From NCBI RefSeq assembly GCF_963921235.1, contig NC_086097.1:251908001-251972000 (forward strand): DNA of 64,000 bases. The letters run 5' to 3'. The DNA comes from Mobula hypostoma. Lineage: Eukaryota. A program made the translations under genes and the position numbers. Shown one piece after another: positions 1 through 13,344 of the stretch. The notes beneath the pieces are model-generated. The model was not told where the DNA came from and did not search any database. It saw only the letters and a program-made list of their open reading frames with translations. The number at the start of each line of letters is the position of its first letter. The stretch's first letter is position 1.

Positions 1-74
1 CAGTCACGTGATGTTCACTGTATTTTTGTTTCTAAGTAGAGGCATCTGTTCTCATTCTTCCTCTCTGCTGCCAG

Positions 75-255
75 GTGTACGATCTGGGGAATCCCGCAGA
101 GTTCCTGAGTGGGGTGCCAGGCTGTGAACTGACCGACGGGGTGTGCCACAGCGCTGGGACGTACTCCTGTGGCATTCGTGGGGAATGTCTAGGAGAATGG
201 GGCTCCTTCAGCTGCCACTGCAGACCAGGTTATACCGGATACAAGTGTGAGAAAG
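75..255 (+). CDS. Type-III (DN-cadherin/neural-cadherin-like) classical cadherin, internal exon: end of LamG1 plus EGF-like repeat
   Basis: Acceptor ccag|GTG at 73-75, donor AAAG|gtaaag at 255/256; 181 nt (phase 0 to 1); VYDLGNPAEF...CGIRGECLGEWGSFSCHCRPGYTGYKCEK has EGF cysteine spacing. Confidence 0.9.
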
Positions 256-570
256 GTAAAGTGAATTGTGTATTCTGTTTGGAGATTAAATTAGACCATT
301 TTGGTGGCAGGGGGTTTGTGGAACTAAACTCATGGAAATTGAAGATTCAAGATAGTTCATTTTCATTATTCAGCTTGAGTGTAAAGGAGAACGAAATGAT
401 TGTTACTGCGGATACGATGCAGCACACGTGCACTCTACAGACAAACTTCCATGCTTCATTTACTAAAAGTTTAAAGATTTAAAGATGAGCTGTATTTGAC
501 ATATGTACATTGTAACATACAGAGAAATGTGTAGCTTGCATCAAAGCAGATTAGTGAGCATTCTGCTGGG

Positions 571-848
571 TGTTATGTTTCACAGCTCCAGAAATTAATC
601 AAAAGAAAAACACAGGAGCTCGGGATACCATGTTGACTTTGTTTTATTTTAGTTTATTTCCTTTACTGAGGTGCTGACTTATGACTCAGTGGCATAATGA
701 CGTGTGCCATTCACATACTTCTTACATAAAACCCGTAATGAATTATGTAAACAGGCATCATCATCTTTACTATGTGCCATGTCAAATGATATTGTTGATC
801 GTGGTCACAACACATTCACAGTGTCACTCAGATACCAAGTACATTACA
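571..848. mobile_element. Solo LTR (probably Gypsy-type), 278 bp
   Basis: TGTTATGT...ACATTACA termini (near-perfect inverted ends, TG..CA) with 5-bp direct repeats CTGGG at 566-570 and 849-853. Confidence 0.7.
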
Positions 849-919
849 CTGGGCAGCTCGCAAGTGTCAGCATGCTTCCGGCACCAACGTAGCATCCACT
901 AAACCTAACCCAGAAGACC

Positions 920-1605
920 GTTACATATAGGAGCAGAATTAGGCCATTCGGCCCATCGAGTCTGCTCCACCATTTCATCATGGCTGATTCAGTTTCCACC
1001 TCAGCCCCAACCTCCTGCCTTCTCCCTTATTCCTTTATGCCCTGACCAATCAGGAATCTATCAACCTCCACCTTAAATACAACTAATGACTTGGCCCCCA
1101 CAGCTGCCTGTGGCAACCACTCTCTGCTTAAAGAAATTCCTCCTCACCTCCATTGTAAAAGGATGCCCCTCTATTCTGAAACTGTGTCCTCTGGTCTTAG
1201 ACTCTCCCACCATAGGAAACATCCTCTCCACATCCAATCTATCAAGGCCTTTCAACATTCAATAGGTTCAATGAGATCCCCTCATTCTTCTGAATTCTAG
1301 TGAGTACAGGCCCAAGGCAATCAAAAGTTCATCATACAATAAGCCTTTCAATCCCAGAATCATTTTCGTGAACCTCCTTTGAACTCTCTCCAATGTCAGC
1401 ACATCCTTTCTTAGATAAGGGGCCCAAAGTTGCTCACAATACTGCAAGTGAGCCCTCACCAGTGCCTTATAAAGCCTTAAAATTACATCCTTGCTTTATA
1501 TTCCATTCCTCTTGAAATGAATGCTAATATTGCATTTGTCAACCTTCACAAGGACTCCCAAGTCTTTCTGCGCCTCAGATTTTTGAATTTTCTTTCCATT
1601 TAGAT
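920..1605 (-). mobile_element. CR1-clade LINE 3' fragment
   Basis: Minus ORFs: HLQYCEQLWAPYLRKDVLTLERVQRRFTKMI, LYSLEFRRMRG, SKTRGHSFRIEG (CR1 ORF2 C-terminus). Confidence 0.85.
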
Positions 1606-1699
1606 CTGGGTGGCTATGTGGTTGGCCCAAAGGGTCTGTATCTGCTCTATAACTCCATGCCCCTAAATGATACAGATTCCCTTCGGAACAACTAGGGGC

Positions 1700-2600
1700 A
1701 TTAGTCATAGTCATAGGCATGCTTTATTGATCCCGGGGGGTAATTGGTTTTCATTACAGTTGCACCATAAATAATAAATAGTAATAAAACCATAAATAGT
1801 TAAATAGTAATATGTAAATTATGCCAGGAAATAAGTCCAGGACCAGCCTATTGGCTCAGGGTGTCTGACCCTCCAAGGGAGGAGCTGTAATGTTTGATGG
1901 CCACAGGCAGGAATGACTTCCTATGATGCTCTGTGTTGCATCTTGGAGGAATGAGTCTCTGGCTGAATGTACACCTGTGCCCACCCAGTCCATTATGTAG
2001 TGGATGGGAGATATTGTCCAAGATGGCATGCAACTTGGACAGCATCCTCTTTTCAGACACCACCGTCAGAGAGTCCAGTTCCATCCCCACAACATCACTG
2101 GCCTTACGAATGAGTTTCTTGATTCTGTTGGTGTCTGCTACCCTCAGCCTGCTGCCCCAGCACACAACAGCAAATATGATAGCACTGGCCACCACAAACT
2201 CGTAGAACATCCTCAGCATCGTCCGGCAGATGTTAAAGGACCTCAGTCTCCTCAGGAAATAGAGACGGCTCTGACCCTTCTTCTAGACAGCCTCAGTGTT
2301 CTTTGACCAGTCCAGTTTATTGTCAATTCGTATCCCCAGGTATTTGTAATCCTCCACCATGTCCACACTGACCCCCTGGATGGAAACAGGGGTCACCGGT
2401 ACCTTAGCTCTCCTCAGGTCTACCACCAGCTCCTTAGTCTTTTTCACATTAAGCTGCAGATAATTCTGCTCTCACCATGTGACAAAGTTTCCTACCGTAG
2501 CCCTGTACTCAGCCTCATCTCCCTTGCTGATGCATCCAACTATGGCAGAGTCATCCGAAAACTTCTGAAGATGACAAGACTCTGTGCAGTAGTTGAAGTT
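1700..2600 (-). mobile_element. Rex1/Babar-type LINE 3' fragment
   Basis: MLRMFYEFVVASAIIFAVVCWGS...HRKSFLPVAIK; near-identical in reverse to the copy at 19855-20715; short TATGAC-type tail. Confidence 0.85.
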
Positions 2601-3039
2601 AGACAATTACAGTTAGACAATAATAAATATCAAATAATAAAAAGGGTTTTTTGTTAGTGCTTTGATAGATTTATTTTGTCTTGTAGAACAGAGGACAGTA
2701 TAGCACAGTACAGGCCCTTTCGCCCACAATGTTTTACCGACCTTTTAACCTATTTCAAGATCAATCTAGCCCTTCCCTCCACTTTTCTACCATCCATGTC
2801 TCTACCTAAGAGTCTATTAAACGTGCCCTAATGTACCTACCTCTACTACCACCCCTGGCAGGGTGTTCCACACACTCACCACCACTCTCTGTGTAAAAGC
2901 CTCCCTCTGAGATCCCCCTATATTTTATCCTATCACTTTAAAATGATACCCTCTTGTATCAGCCCTTTCTGCGCTGGGGAAGTTTCTGGCTGTCCAGTCA
3001 ATCTCTGGCTCTTGCTTATGTGTTATAACTTACATCATG

Positions 3040-3295
3040 GAACAGGCCCTTCCAGTCCTTTGAGCCACACTGCCCAGTAGTCCCCCGATTTAACCTGAAC
3101 CTAATCACAGGGCAATTTACAGTGACCAATTAACGTACTAACCGGTACATCTTTGGACTGTGAGAGGAAACCAGAGCCCCCAGAAAAACACAAGCATTCC
3201 ACGGGGCGGACGTCCAGAGTCCTTACAGATAACGTTGGAATTGAACTCCGAATTCCAAGCTGTAATAGCGTCACGTTAACTGCTATGCTACCGTG
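3040..3295 (-). mobile_element. V-SINE (HE1-like); further copies near 17510-17760(-), 22500-22800(-), 23450-23680(-), 53630-53820(+), 61910-62100(-)
   Basis: Shared TCTTTGGACTGTGGGAGGAAACCGGAGCACCCGGAGGAAA-like central (V-domain) segment. Confidence 0.7.
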
Positions 3296-3440
3296 ACTCC
3301 CTTTTGTTCAGATAATTAATGGACCTGACCTCTTATCACCTTGTCAAATCACCTCTCATCTTCCATCAATCCAAAGAGAAAAGCCTTCGCTCATCAACCT
3401 ATCTCATAAGACTTCAAATTCAGATTTATTGTCATTCAAC

Positions 3441-3752
3441 TGTCCCCATGTATACCACCAAACAAAACAAATGTCCCTCTGGACCAGGTGACAACACAGT
3501 ACATATAACTCACACACAACCATCCCCATGTATATCACCAAACAAAACAACATCCCTCTGGACCAGGGTGACAACACAGTACATATAACTCACACACAAC
3601 CATCCCCATGTATACCACCAAACAAAACAACATCCCTCTGGACTAGGGTGACAATACAGTACATGTAACTCACACACAACCATCCCCATGTATATCACCA
3701 AACAAAACAATGTTCCTCTGGACCAGGGTGACAACACAGTACGTATAACACA
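3441..3752 (+). repeat. 80-bp tandem repeat, about 4 copies
   Basis: CATCCCCATG recurs at 3521, 3601 and 3681. Confidence 0.95.
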
Positions 3753-4262
3753 CAAAGTAATATTACCACAAATAAATTAACAAATAATAAAATATATTCC
3801 AGAAGATTAACATTTTGCATCAGGTGCATTCACAACACAAATTAAAAAGTAAATAGCATAACGCTACTGACACTTTGTAAGTGATGAGACCTGGGTGGTG
3901 GCAGAGAGTTCAGGAATCGCACATCCTGGGGGAAGAAGCTGTTTCCCATCCTAACAGGCCTTGTCTTAATGCTATACAGTACCTCCTGTTTGATGGTAGG
4001 GGGCAAAAGTTTTGTTGGACGGATGGGAGGGATCACTGACAATGTGAAGGGCCCTGTGTATGCAGCGTTCCTGATCAATATTCTAGGTGAGTGGAAGAGA
4101 GATCCCAATGATCCTCACAGCAGACTTCACCGTTCTTCGCAGAGCCTTGCGGTCAGATGCCTTGCACTTCCTGTACCAGATGGTGCCAGACATGCTCTCT
4201 AATCCACACAGCATCCTGGCGTTTGGCCTGCTGACTGTTTCATGGCTTATGTTTCTCCATAG

Positions 4263-4429
4263 TTCTACCTGAATGGTCTTTCGAGAAGGACAGTCTGATT
4301 CAGTTCCAGCAGAAAGGAGCTCTCAGCGCTCGCAGAACCCAAGTGCAGATGATGTTTCGTACCCGCAGCCCCAGCTGCTCCCTGCTCAGCCTGGCTTCCA
4401 AAGACACAAGTGAATATATCATACTGGAG
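4263..4429 (+). CDS. Cadherin exon: start of second laminin-G domain
   Basis: ctccatag|TT acceptor, GAG|gtaaca donor; 167 nt, phase 1 to 0, in frame with previous exon; LPEWSFEKDSLIQF...QMMFRTRSPSCSLLSLASKDTSEYIILE (LamG FRT motif). Only partly present in the ORF track. Confidence 0.9.
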
Positions 4430-5190
4430 GTAACATCCAAAAATCTGCTCAATACTAAATGCATGAATAGGGATGCAAGGGTTAAAGAGGTTCATGTTTG
4501 TCAATTGCAGTCTGCCAATCCAAAGTTAGAGGCCTGATGTCTGTGGGTCAGGGACTGCAGACCATAATACATAAGAGCAGAATGAGGCTATTCAGCCCAT
4601 CAAGTCTGCTGCACCATTCCATCATGGCTGATTTATAATCCCTTTCGACCCCATTCTCTTATCTTCTTCCCATAACTTTTGACACCTTGACTAATCATGA
4701 AACTATCAACTCTGCCCTAAGTATAACCAATAACTTGGCCTCCATGGCTATCTGTGACAATGAATTCCACAGATTCTCCACCCTCTGGCTAAAATAATTC
4801 CTCCTCATCTCTGTTCTAACGGAATGTGCTTGTATTCTGAAGCCAGCCCTCTAGTTCTAGACTCCCCAGAGGTGGCCTGTCCTGGTGTTGGGGCCTGTCT
4901 CAGTGTGTAAGTGGATAGGTGGAAGAGATGAGACAGGGGCTTGTTTTGCTGTTGTTGTAATGCAATTAAACTCTTTCTCTGAGATTTCTGGGACCTGGGT
5001 GTAAGGTAATGCATTTTCTCAGGGAAGATAGTGGACTATTGTGATGGCTCTAGATATGAAGACCACAAAAAAAAATGTAATGAAGAGAAGGACAAAGTCA
5101 TTCATCGCAGTCAGCGGTCAGTACGAGTCCACAAGTAGAGGATCGAAGGTCAAACCCAGTGAAATCCCGAGGGCAAACCTGGAAGGTGAA

Positions 5191-6375
5191 GCCTGGAGGT
5201 CAAAGACCGAAGGTAGAGGCCTGAAGGTCAAAAACCAAAGGTAGAGGCCTGGAGGTCAAAGACTGAAGGTAGAGGCCTGAAGGTCAAAGACCAAAGGTAG
5301 AGGCCTGAAGGTCAAAGACCAAAGGTAGAGGCCTGAAGGTCAAAGACCAAAGGTAGAGGCCTGAAGGTCAAAGACTGAAGGTAGAGGCCTGAAGGTCAAA
5401 GACTGAAGGTAGAGGCCTGAAGGTCAAAGACCAAAGGTAGAGGCCTGAAGGTCAAAAACCAAAGGTAGAGGCCTGGAGGTCAAAGACTGAAGGTAGAGGC
5501 CTGAAGGTCAAAGACCAAAGGTAGAGGCCTGAAGGTCAAAGACTGAAGGTAGAGGCCTGAAGGTCAAAGACTGAAGGTAGAGGCCTGAAGGTCAAAGACT
5601 GAAGGTAGAGGCCTGAAGGTCAAAGACCGACGGTAGAGGCCTGAAGGTCAAAGACCGACGGTAGAGGCCTGAAGGTCAAAGACCAAAGGTAGAGGCCTGA
5701 AGGTCAAAGACTGAAGGTAGAGGCCTGAAGGTCAAAGACCAAAGGTAGAGGCCTGAAGGTCAAAGACCAAAGGTAGAGGCCTGAAGGTCAAAGACTGAAG
5801 GTAGAGGCCTGAAGGTCAAAGACTGAAGGTAGAGGCCTGAAGGTCAAAGACCAAAGGTAGAGGCCTGGAGGTCAAAGACTGAAGGTAGAGGCCTGAAGGT
5901 CAAAGACTGAAGGTAGAGGCCTGAAGGTCAAAGACCAAAGGTAGAGGCCTGGAGGTCAAAGACTGAAGGTAGAGGCCTGAAGGTCAAAGACTGAAGGTAG
6001 AGGCCTGGAGGTCAAAGACTGAAGGTAGAGGCCTGAAGGTCAAAGACTGAAGGTAGAGGCCTGAAGGTCAAAGACCGACGGTAGAGGCCTGAAGGTCAAA
6101 GACTGAAGGTAGAGGCCTGAAGGTCAAAGACCAAAGGTAGAGGCCTGAAGGTCAAAGACTGAAGGTAGAGGCCTGAAGGTCAAAGACCGAAGGTAGAGGC
6201 CTGAAGGTCAAAGACCGACGGTAGAGGCCTGAAGGTCAAAGACTGAAGGTAGAGGCCTGAAGGTCAAAGACTGAAGGTAGAGGCCTGAAGGTCAAAGACC
6301 AAAGGTAGAGGCCTGAAGGTCAAAGACCAAAGGTAGAGGCCTGAAGGTCAAAGACTGAAGGTAGAGGCCTGAAGG
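5191..6375 (+). repeat. 28-bp minisatellite, about 42 copies
   Basis: Unit GAAGGTAGAGGCCTGAAGGTCAAAGACY made of two 14-bp halves; variants CTGA/CCAA/CCGA. Confidence 0.97.
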
Positions 6376-6935
6376 ATTCACAAGGGCCCAAAGGAGGCGC
6401 GATGGCCCAGGTCACCAGGGTCAGAGGTCCGTGCAAGTTTGGAAGTGGAGGCCTGAAGGTCAAACCAATGATTGGCGAGTCCAGAGGTGAAGTCCAAAGT
6501 TGGAGGCTTGGTGTTTGCAATTCTAAGAATCCAGGGACAAGGACTGGAGGCCCAGAGTCGGCCTGTACTGGGGTTTAAGGCCTCTCTGGGTGTGTGAGTG
6601 GAGGGGGGTGGGAGGATGGAGTGGGGATAATAGAAAAAGTATTTATTTTGCTGTTGCTGTCTTATTTTATTTGTAGTTGCTGGAAAAGCCTTAGTTTGTG
6701 CAACTTTTCTTCATAAAACATTCTCTCTAATCCAGGCAGCAACTTGGTAAATCTCCTCTGCATCCTCTCTAAAGCACAGCGGTGAGTGTAACAGTTTACA
6801 GTGCCAGAAACTCGGCTTCAGTTCCCACTGCTGTCTGTAAGGAATTTGAGATTGGAGTTATTGTTTCACAAAATCCTTCTGATTGTTATTAAATCCATGT
6901 TTTGTCTTCTATTTTAATTTTCTTCTGTGGATTAG

Positions 6936-7200
6936 ATTGAAAGTGGATATTTTGGAATCCGTGTTAACCTTGGTGACCGGGAACATTCGCTGAGGCTAGA
7001 AACGCTGCGGGTCGACAGTGGCCAGTGGATTCTGGCGGACGTGGAGCGACAGGACAACGAGTTCACACTGCGTCTCAACAATGCCGGAGGAGCCCTGGAG
7101 GTGACATCTTCTCTCGGCACCCACAGAGAAATCCTAATCGATGCTTCAAGTCTGGTTTTGGGAAAGAGTCTTCATGTGATTTCACCAAATGATTTTCAAG
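6936..7200 (+). CDS. Cadherin exon: laminin-G domain core
   Basis: attag|ATT acceptor after a pyrimidine tract, CAAG|gtgtgc donor; 265 nt open, phase 0 to 1; IESGYFGIRVNLGD...RVDSGQWILADVERQDNEFTLRLN...NDFQG. Not in the ORF track. Confidence 0.9.
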
Positions 7201-8538
7201 GTGTGCTGTAATACGGGACCAGAATGTTAGATGTTGGTTATTGTTAAGAGTGATTTTTGGGTTTAGGCCATTTACTTTTACAAATGGCTTTGGCTACCTG
7301 TCTTCTGTTCCTCGATAATGTATTGTGGAGTCAGTTTGGGACAATGCATTTCCTAAAAGCTGTGAATCCCAGTCCAGACACTGCTGGTGTCTGTGGGATG
7401 GATGCGAATCAGAAGGTGTGAAGTTTGTATGTAGCTTCAAAAGAAAGCATTGTCTATACATTGTAAATATGGAATTGTCTTTTGTGTTTAGCACATAAAT
7501 ATCGAGCCCCACGTTGGGCTGGCAGACCTTTCCACTGAAAGCATCTCGGTATGATGCCTGTTATACCTTGTTTTGTCGAATAAAGAAGCTGCTTTGTATC
7601 TACCAGTAACTCTCTCCAGTGATTTCATTCACGCAACAACATTTGCTGTCAGGAGTGGGATACCTTCATGACCCATTGTGTGATCAGCGATCTTAGCAGT
7701 CTAAGTAGGTGAGTATTTTCTATAATAGCACTCACACTTGGATCTGTTCGGGTCGGTGGTACACGGGAACATGAGGTATCACGAACGCAGAGAGCTGAAC
7801 TGGTAGATATAAACATAGTGTGTGTGCATGCATGTGTGTTTATGTAAGTGAGGAAACTTTGCGTGTTAATTTGGTGAGATGGAGCCACCAGTTGCGAGGG
7901 GTGGTTACTGACGGTTCGAGACACCAGAGTAGGGGCATGTATACTCATTCGGGGAGCTACATTTTAGCGTATACGTTTGCAAGTGTGATGCAAAGGAATA
8001 CAGCAGGCATCATGAGTTCAGGTGCTCAAAAGTGACGGATTGCGGAGTACGTTTTCTGCGGTTTTAACTATGTGCTGTTTAACTGGTACCTGTCTTTTAT
8101 ATTTTGTGTAGTATGGGAATTAGTGTGGAGATATTTCAGGGAGAGGTCTTACCCAGATATATCTGTCAGGATGGCACCTATTGAGGTCAGGCAACGTCAG
8201 GTTGAGAACCCTGATGATCTGAGCCAGCCTTTGACAATAATTACGTCCATTCATAAACCCTTCACCCCTGAGGAGAAACAGAGCATTTTGTCAGAGTTGT
8301 CCTCACTTAAAGTCACATGTGGGAATTCGGAATTCTGGCACTAGCTGAAGTTCACCAGATGCACCCTAAAGATATACACATGTTGGTAAAAACGAAGCAC
8401 CCGAGGAATATGTGGGACAGGACGGCCCAGGAGGTGCGAGATGGTACCTAGGCAACTATCAGGAACACCAGCAATGAAGAAAGATATTGCTTTTTTAAAG
8501 GGGAAGTGAGGCAGCGACAGGGGAGAGGTGAGAGGAGT

Positions 8539-11196
8539 TTTAACGCTAGGAGTATTGCAGGGAAGGCGGATGAGTTGAGGGCGTGGATTGACACGTGGAA
8601 TTATGATGTTGTAGCAATTAGTGAAACTTGGAAACAGGAGGGGCAGGACTGGCAGCTTAATATTCCAGGGTTCCGATGTTTCAGATGTGATCGAGGCAGA
8701 GGAATGAAAGGTGGGGGAGTAGCATTGCTTGTTAGGGAAAATATTACAGCAGTGCTCAGGCAGGACAGATTAGAGGGCTTGTCTACTGAGTCCTTATGGG
8801 TGGAGCTGAGAAACAGGAAAGGTATGGCCACATTAGTGGGATTGTATTACAGACCACCCAATAGTCAACGAGACTTGGAAGAGCAAATCTGCAGAGAGAT
8901 AGCAGGCAACTGCAGGAAACATAAAGTTGTGGTGGTAGGGGATTTTAATTTTCCATACATTGATTGGGACTCCCGTACTGTTAGGAGTCTAGATGGTTTA
9001 GAGTTTGTAAAATATGTTCAGGAAAGTTTTCTAAATCAATATATAGAGGGACCAACTAGAGGGGATGCAATATTGGATCTCCTGTTAGGTAACGAATTAG
9101 GGCAAGTGACAGAAGTCTGTGTAGGGGGGCACTTTGGTTCCAGTGATCATAACACCATTAGTTTCAACTTGGTCATGGACAAGAATAGATCTGGTCCTAG
9201 GGTTGAGGTTCCGAACTGGAAGAAGGCCAAATTTGAAGAAATGAGAAATAGGAAACAGGGGGTAAATCAGGTGCTTGAGGAGTATAAAAAGTGCAAGAAA
9301 ATACTTAAGAAAGAAATCAGGAGGGCTAAAAGAAGACATGAGGTTGCCTTGGCAGTCAAAGTGAAGGATAATCCAAAGAGCTTTTACAAGTATATCAAGA
9401 GCAAAAGGATTGTAAGGGATAAAATTGGTCCTCTTGAAGCTCAGAGTGGTCAGCTTTGTGCGGAACCAAAGGAAATGGGGGAGATCTTAAATAGGTTTTT
9501 TGCATCCGTATTTACTAAGGAAGCTGGCGTGAAATCTATGGAATTGAGGGAATCAAGTAGTGAGACCATGGAAACTGTACAGATTGAAAAGGAGGAGGTG
9601 CTTGCTGTCTTGAGGAAAATTAAAGTGGATAAATCCCCGGGACCTGACAGAGTGTTCCCTCGGACCTTGAAGGAGACTAGTGTTGAAATTGCGGGGGCCC
9701 TGGCAGAAATATTTAAAATGTCGCTGTCTACGGGTGAAGTGCCAGAGGATTGGAGAGTGGCTCATGTTGTTCCGTTGTTTAAAAAAGGATCGAAAAGTAA
9801 TCCGAGAAATTATAGGCCAGTGAATTTGACGTCAGTAGTAGGTAAGTTATTGGAGGGAGTACTAAGAGACAGAATCTACAAGCATTTGGATGGACAGGGG
9901 CTTATTAGGGAGAGTCAACATGGCTTTGTGCATGGTAGGTCATATTTGACTAATCTGTTGGAGTTTTTCGAGGAGGTTACCAGGAAAGTGGATGAAGGGA
10001 AGGCAGTGGATATTGTCTACATGGACTTCAGTAAGGCCTTTGACAAGGTCCCGCATGGGAGGTTAGTTAGGAAAATTCAGTCGCTAGGTATACATGGAGA
10101 GGTGGTAAATTGGATTAGACATTGGCTCGATGGAAGAAGCCAGAGAGTGGTGGTAGAGAATTGCTTCTCTGAGTGGAGGCCTGTGACTAGTGGTGTGCCA
10201 CAGGGATCAGTGCTGGGTCCATTGTTATTTGTCATCTATATCAATGATCTGGATGATAATGTGGTAAATTGGATCAGCAAGTTTGCTGATGATACAAAGA
10301 TTGGAGGTGTAGTAGACAGTGAGGAATGTTTTCAGAGCCTGCAGAGGGACTTGGACCAGCTGGAAAAATGGGCTGAAAAATGGCAGATGGAGTTTAATAC
10401 TGACAAGTGTGAGGTATTGCATGTTGGAAGGACAAACCAACGTAGAACATACAGGGTTAATGGTAAGGCACTGGGGAGCGCAGTGGAACAGAGGGATCTG
10501 GGAATACAGATACAAAATTCCCTAAAAGTGTCGTCACAGGTAGATAGGGTCGTAAAGAGAGCTTTTGGTACATTGGCCTTTATTAATTGAAGTATTGAGT
10601 ATAAGAGCTGGAATGTTATGATGAGGTTGTATAAGGCATTGGTGAGGCCGAATCTGGAGTATTGTGTTCAGTTTTGGTCAGCAAATTACAGGAAGGATAT
10701 AAATAAAGTTGAAAGAGTGCAGAGAAGGTTTACAAGGATGTTGTCGGGACTTGAGAAACTCAGTTACAGAGAAAGGTTGAATAGGTTAGGACTTTATTCC
10801 CTGGAGCGTAGAAGAATGAGGGGAGATTTGATTGAGGTATATAAAATTTTGATGGGTATAGATAGAGTGAATGCAAGCAGGCTTTTTCCACTGAGGCAAG
10901 GGGAGAAAAAAACCAGAGGACATGGGTTAAGGGTGAGGGGGGAAAAGTTTAAAGGGAACATTAGGGGGGGCTTCTTCACACAGAGAGTGGTGGGAGTATG
11001 GAATGAGCTGCCAGACGAGGTGGTAAATCCGGGTTCTTTTTTAACATTTAAGAATAAATTGGACAGATACATGGATGGGAGGTGTATGGAGGGATATGGT
11101 CCGTGTGCAGGTCAGTGGGACTAGGCAGAAAATGGTTCGGCACAGCCAAGAAGGGCCAAAGGGCCTGTTTCTGTGCTGTAGTTTCTATGGTTCTAT
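8539..11196 (+). mobile_element. CR1 LINE ORF2 (APE endonuclease + RT), 5'-truncated, internally deleted, one premature stop
   Basis: FNARSI...ISETW...GDFN...SDH; GVPQGSVLGP, KFADD; TGA at 10588-10590 then same-frame continuation; TTCTATGG-type tail. Inserted inside the ERV gag. Confidence 0.95.
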
Positions 11197-13344
11197 GGAG
11201 AGTAACTGGGGAATGATAATGGCAGTGATTCAAAAAGCACATGAGACGGCTATGGATCATGCAGAACGTAAATATCGAGTGTACGAGGAGTATTCAGGGT
11301 TGGATAATCCAGGGAGGGACGACCCAGTCTTCCTAAAAATGCTGAAGGAAGGCCTGAGCTCAGCCCACCAGGAAGCTTTAGATTTAGGCATAACGGTGGG
11401 GTCAAGCTACTCTGTGATAGTTTCGTGGGCCAGTGAGATAGACTGAAGGAAGTGCAAGAGAAATCATGAAGTGGCTGTAGTGGATGCAGCTGCTGTGACG
11501 TTTCTGACAGTTTGATTTGTTTGCCGGTGATCAGGGCATGAAGCAAGGAATTCCTGGAATAGACGTGGGAGGGTAAGGGAGTTGATATGCTACAGGTGTG
11601 GCCATTTGAGACATGGTTGGAGGCAGTGTCCAAAACAGAGGAAAGGAAAACAGGTGAACACCGCAGCAGACACGCAATCTCTCACCCCACTGGTGCCCAG
11701 TCTGACCAACATGACTGTCGATCAGATCAAAGAGCTAGTAAAGACGGCTCCTAGGTCAGAAAAGGATGAGGTAGCAGCCCCCACTGCCAGCGCTGGTGAC
11801 CTGCGGATGTACACAACAGCATTGTTAGGGGGACGGCAATGCAATATGTTAGTGGACACGGGCATCGGTATCGATAACAGACCTACCCTTACCAACAACC
11901 AGACAGGCCAGTTATATTCGGGGTGTAGGAGGGAAAACAGTAAAAGCTGAAAGAAGCGAGTCACAAATACTCGAAATCGGGGGAGTGCAGCTTCCAGTGT
12001 ATTTCTGGGTATGTCCAAATATCGAGGGCACGATCCTTGCAATAGACATCCTAAGGGAAGCAGGAGCTGTTATAGATTCTGGAAAGGGAGAAATAATATG
12101 GACGAGTCAGAGGCAGCGAACGCATACAACCAGCAGAATACACAGCCTGGCTAGCATAGTCGCAGCCACCCCGATCGCCAGAGACTGGAGCCAGGATGGT
12201 GCCTATGGGTTACCATGTCAGCAGTTCCCAGCAGTGTGGGCTACACACAAGCAAGATTGTGGTCGAGTAAAGATAAACTGAGTTAAAATAGAGGAGGGGC
12301 TGTATAAACCCCCTAAGCAGGACCCTATAAAAACTGACACACTGACCACTGTTCAGTGTATAGCCAAGGAACAAAAACACCAAGGGATACTCAGGGAGAC
12401 TGCGGCCACTACTAACTCACCTATATGTCCAGTAAAGCCCAGTGGATCATATCCATTGACAACAGGCTATACCACCCTTAAGACCAGGCCGAGATTGCAT
12501 CCCACAGTGGCGGGCTCTGCAGCAATCCTGAATGGCCTGTCTCCAGAACATAAAGCTTTTCCAGTCCCTCCGAAGGCAGACATTACTGCGAATAAGGCAG
12601 CAGAGGAACAAGAGGCAATTGAAGTTGCAAGTACGCAGGAAGAAACAACAGAAGCCAGTTTAGTAAAATTATATGAAGAGGTGGAGGCAGAAGAGGAGAG
12701 ATGACAGAGAAAGGGAGCAAAGGAGGGACCATATGGGAGCTGGGCACACGGGAAGAAAAGAGTCACGGTGGCCCCACCATGTATTAGGCAGATATGGGGT
12801 AATTACAGGGATAGAATGACAGTACATGAAAGACATTTGTAATCAACTTAAAAGTGTTGAAGGACCAAGCGAAACAACAGCAGCGAATCACTGATCAGAG
12901 AGAGCCAGAGGGAAAGGTGATAGACCTTCCACAGCCTGGCGACCAAGTCATGGTGAGGGTGCTGCCGGAAAGGCCAGGGTCTGCCCCCAGGTTGATAGGA
13001 CCACAGATGGTTCTCTTAACCAATGATACGTGTGTCTGTGTGCAGACTCAGCGAGGCAGCCAGTGGAAACAGTGGTCTCAGGTTAAAGCATATGACTCAC
13101 CCTCTTGTTGCTCCCAGAGACGGAGTGGGGAACCAAGTGTACCCAGTAACCATGTAATTACAGAGAACCTAAGAGAGGAACACCAGCCGGCCATGCCAGA
13201 CCTGACCACAGCTGATGAAAACATACCCGGAGGAAATGCAAAGGCAGAAGACGCTGAGAGCGTGACGGAAAACCTTGGATAGCTTGCTAAGGTGTGATGA
13301 TGATGGTATTCTGTAATGAAGGCTGGTTGCTGAAGGGAGATAGA

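Noticed and set aside
8506..8540. Apparent Gag-CR1 ORF2 fusion at the start of the 694-aa ORF
   Set aside because: Chance read-through from the ERV flank using a GTG start; gag is stop-ridden and the CR1 has a deletion and a stop.
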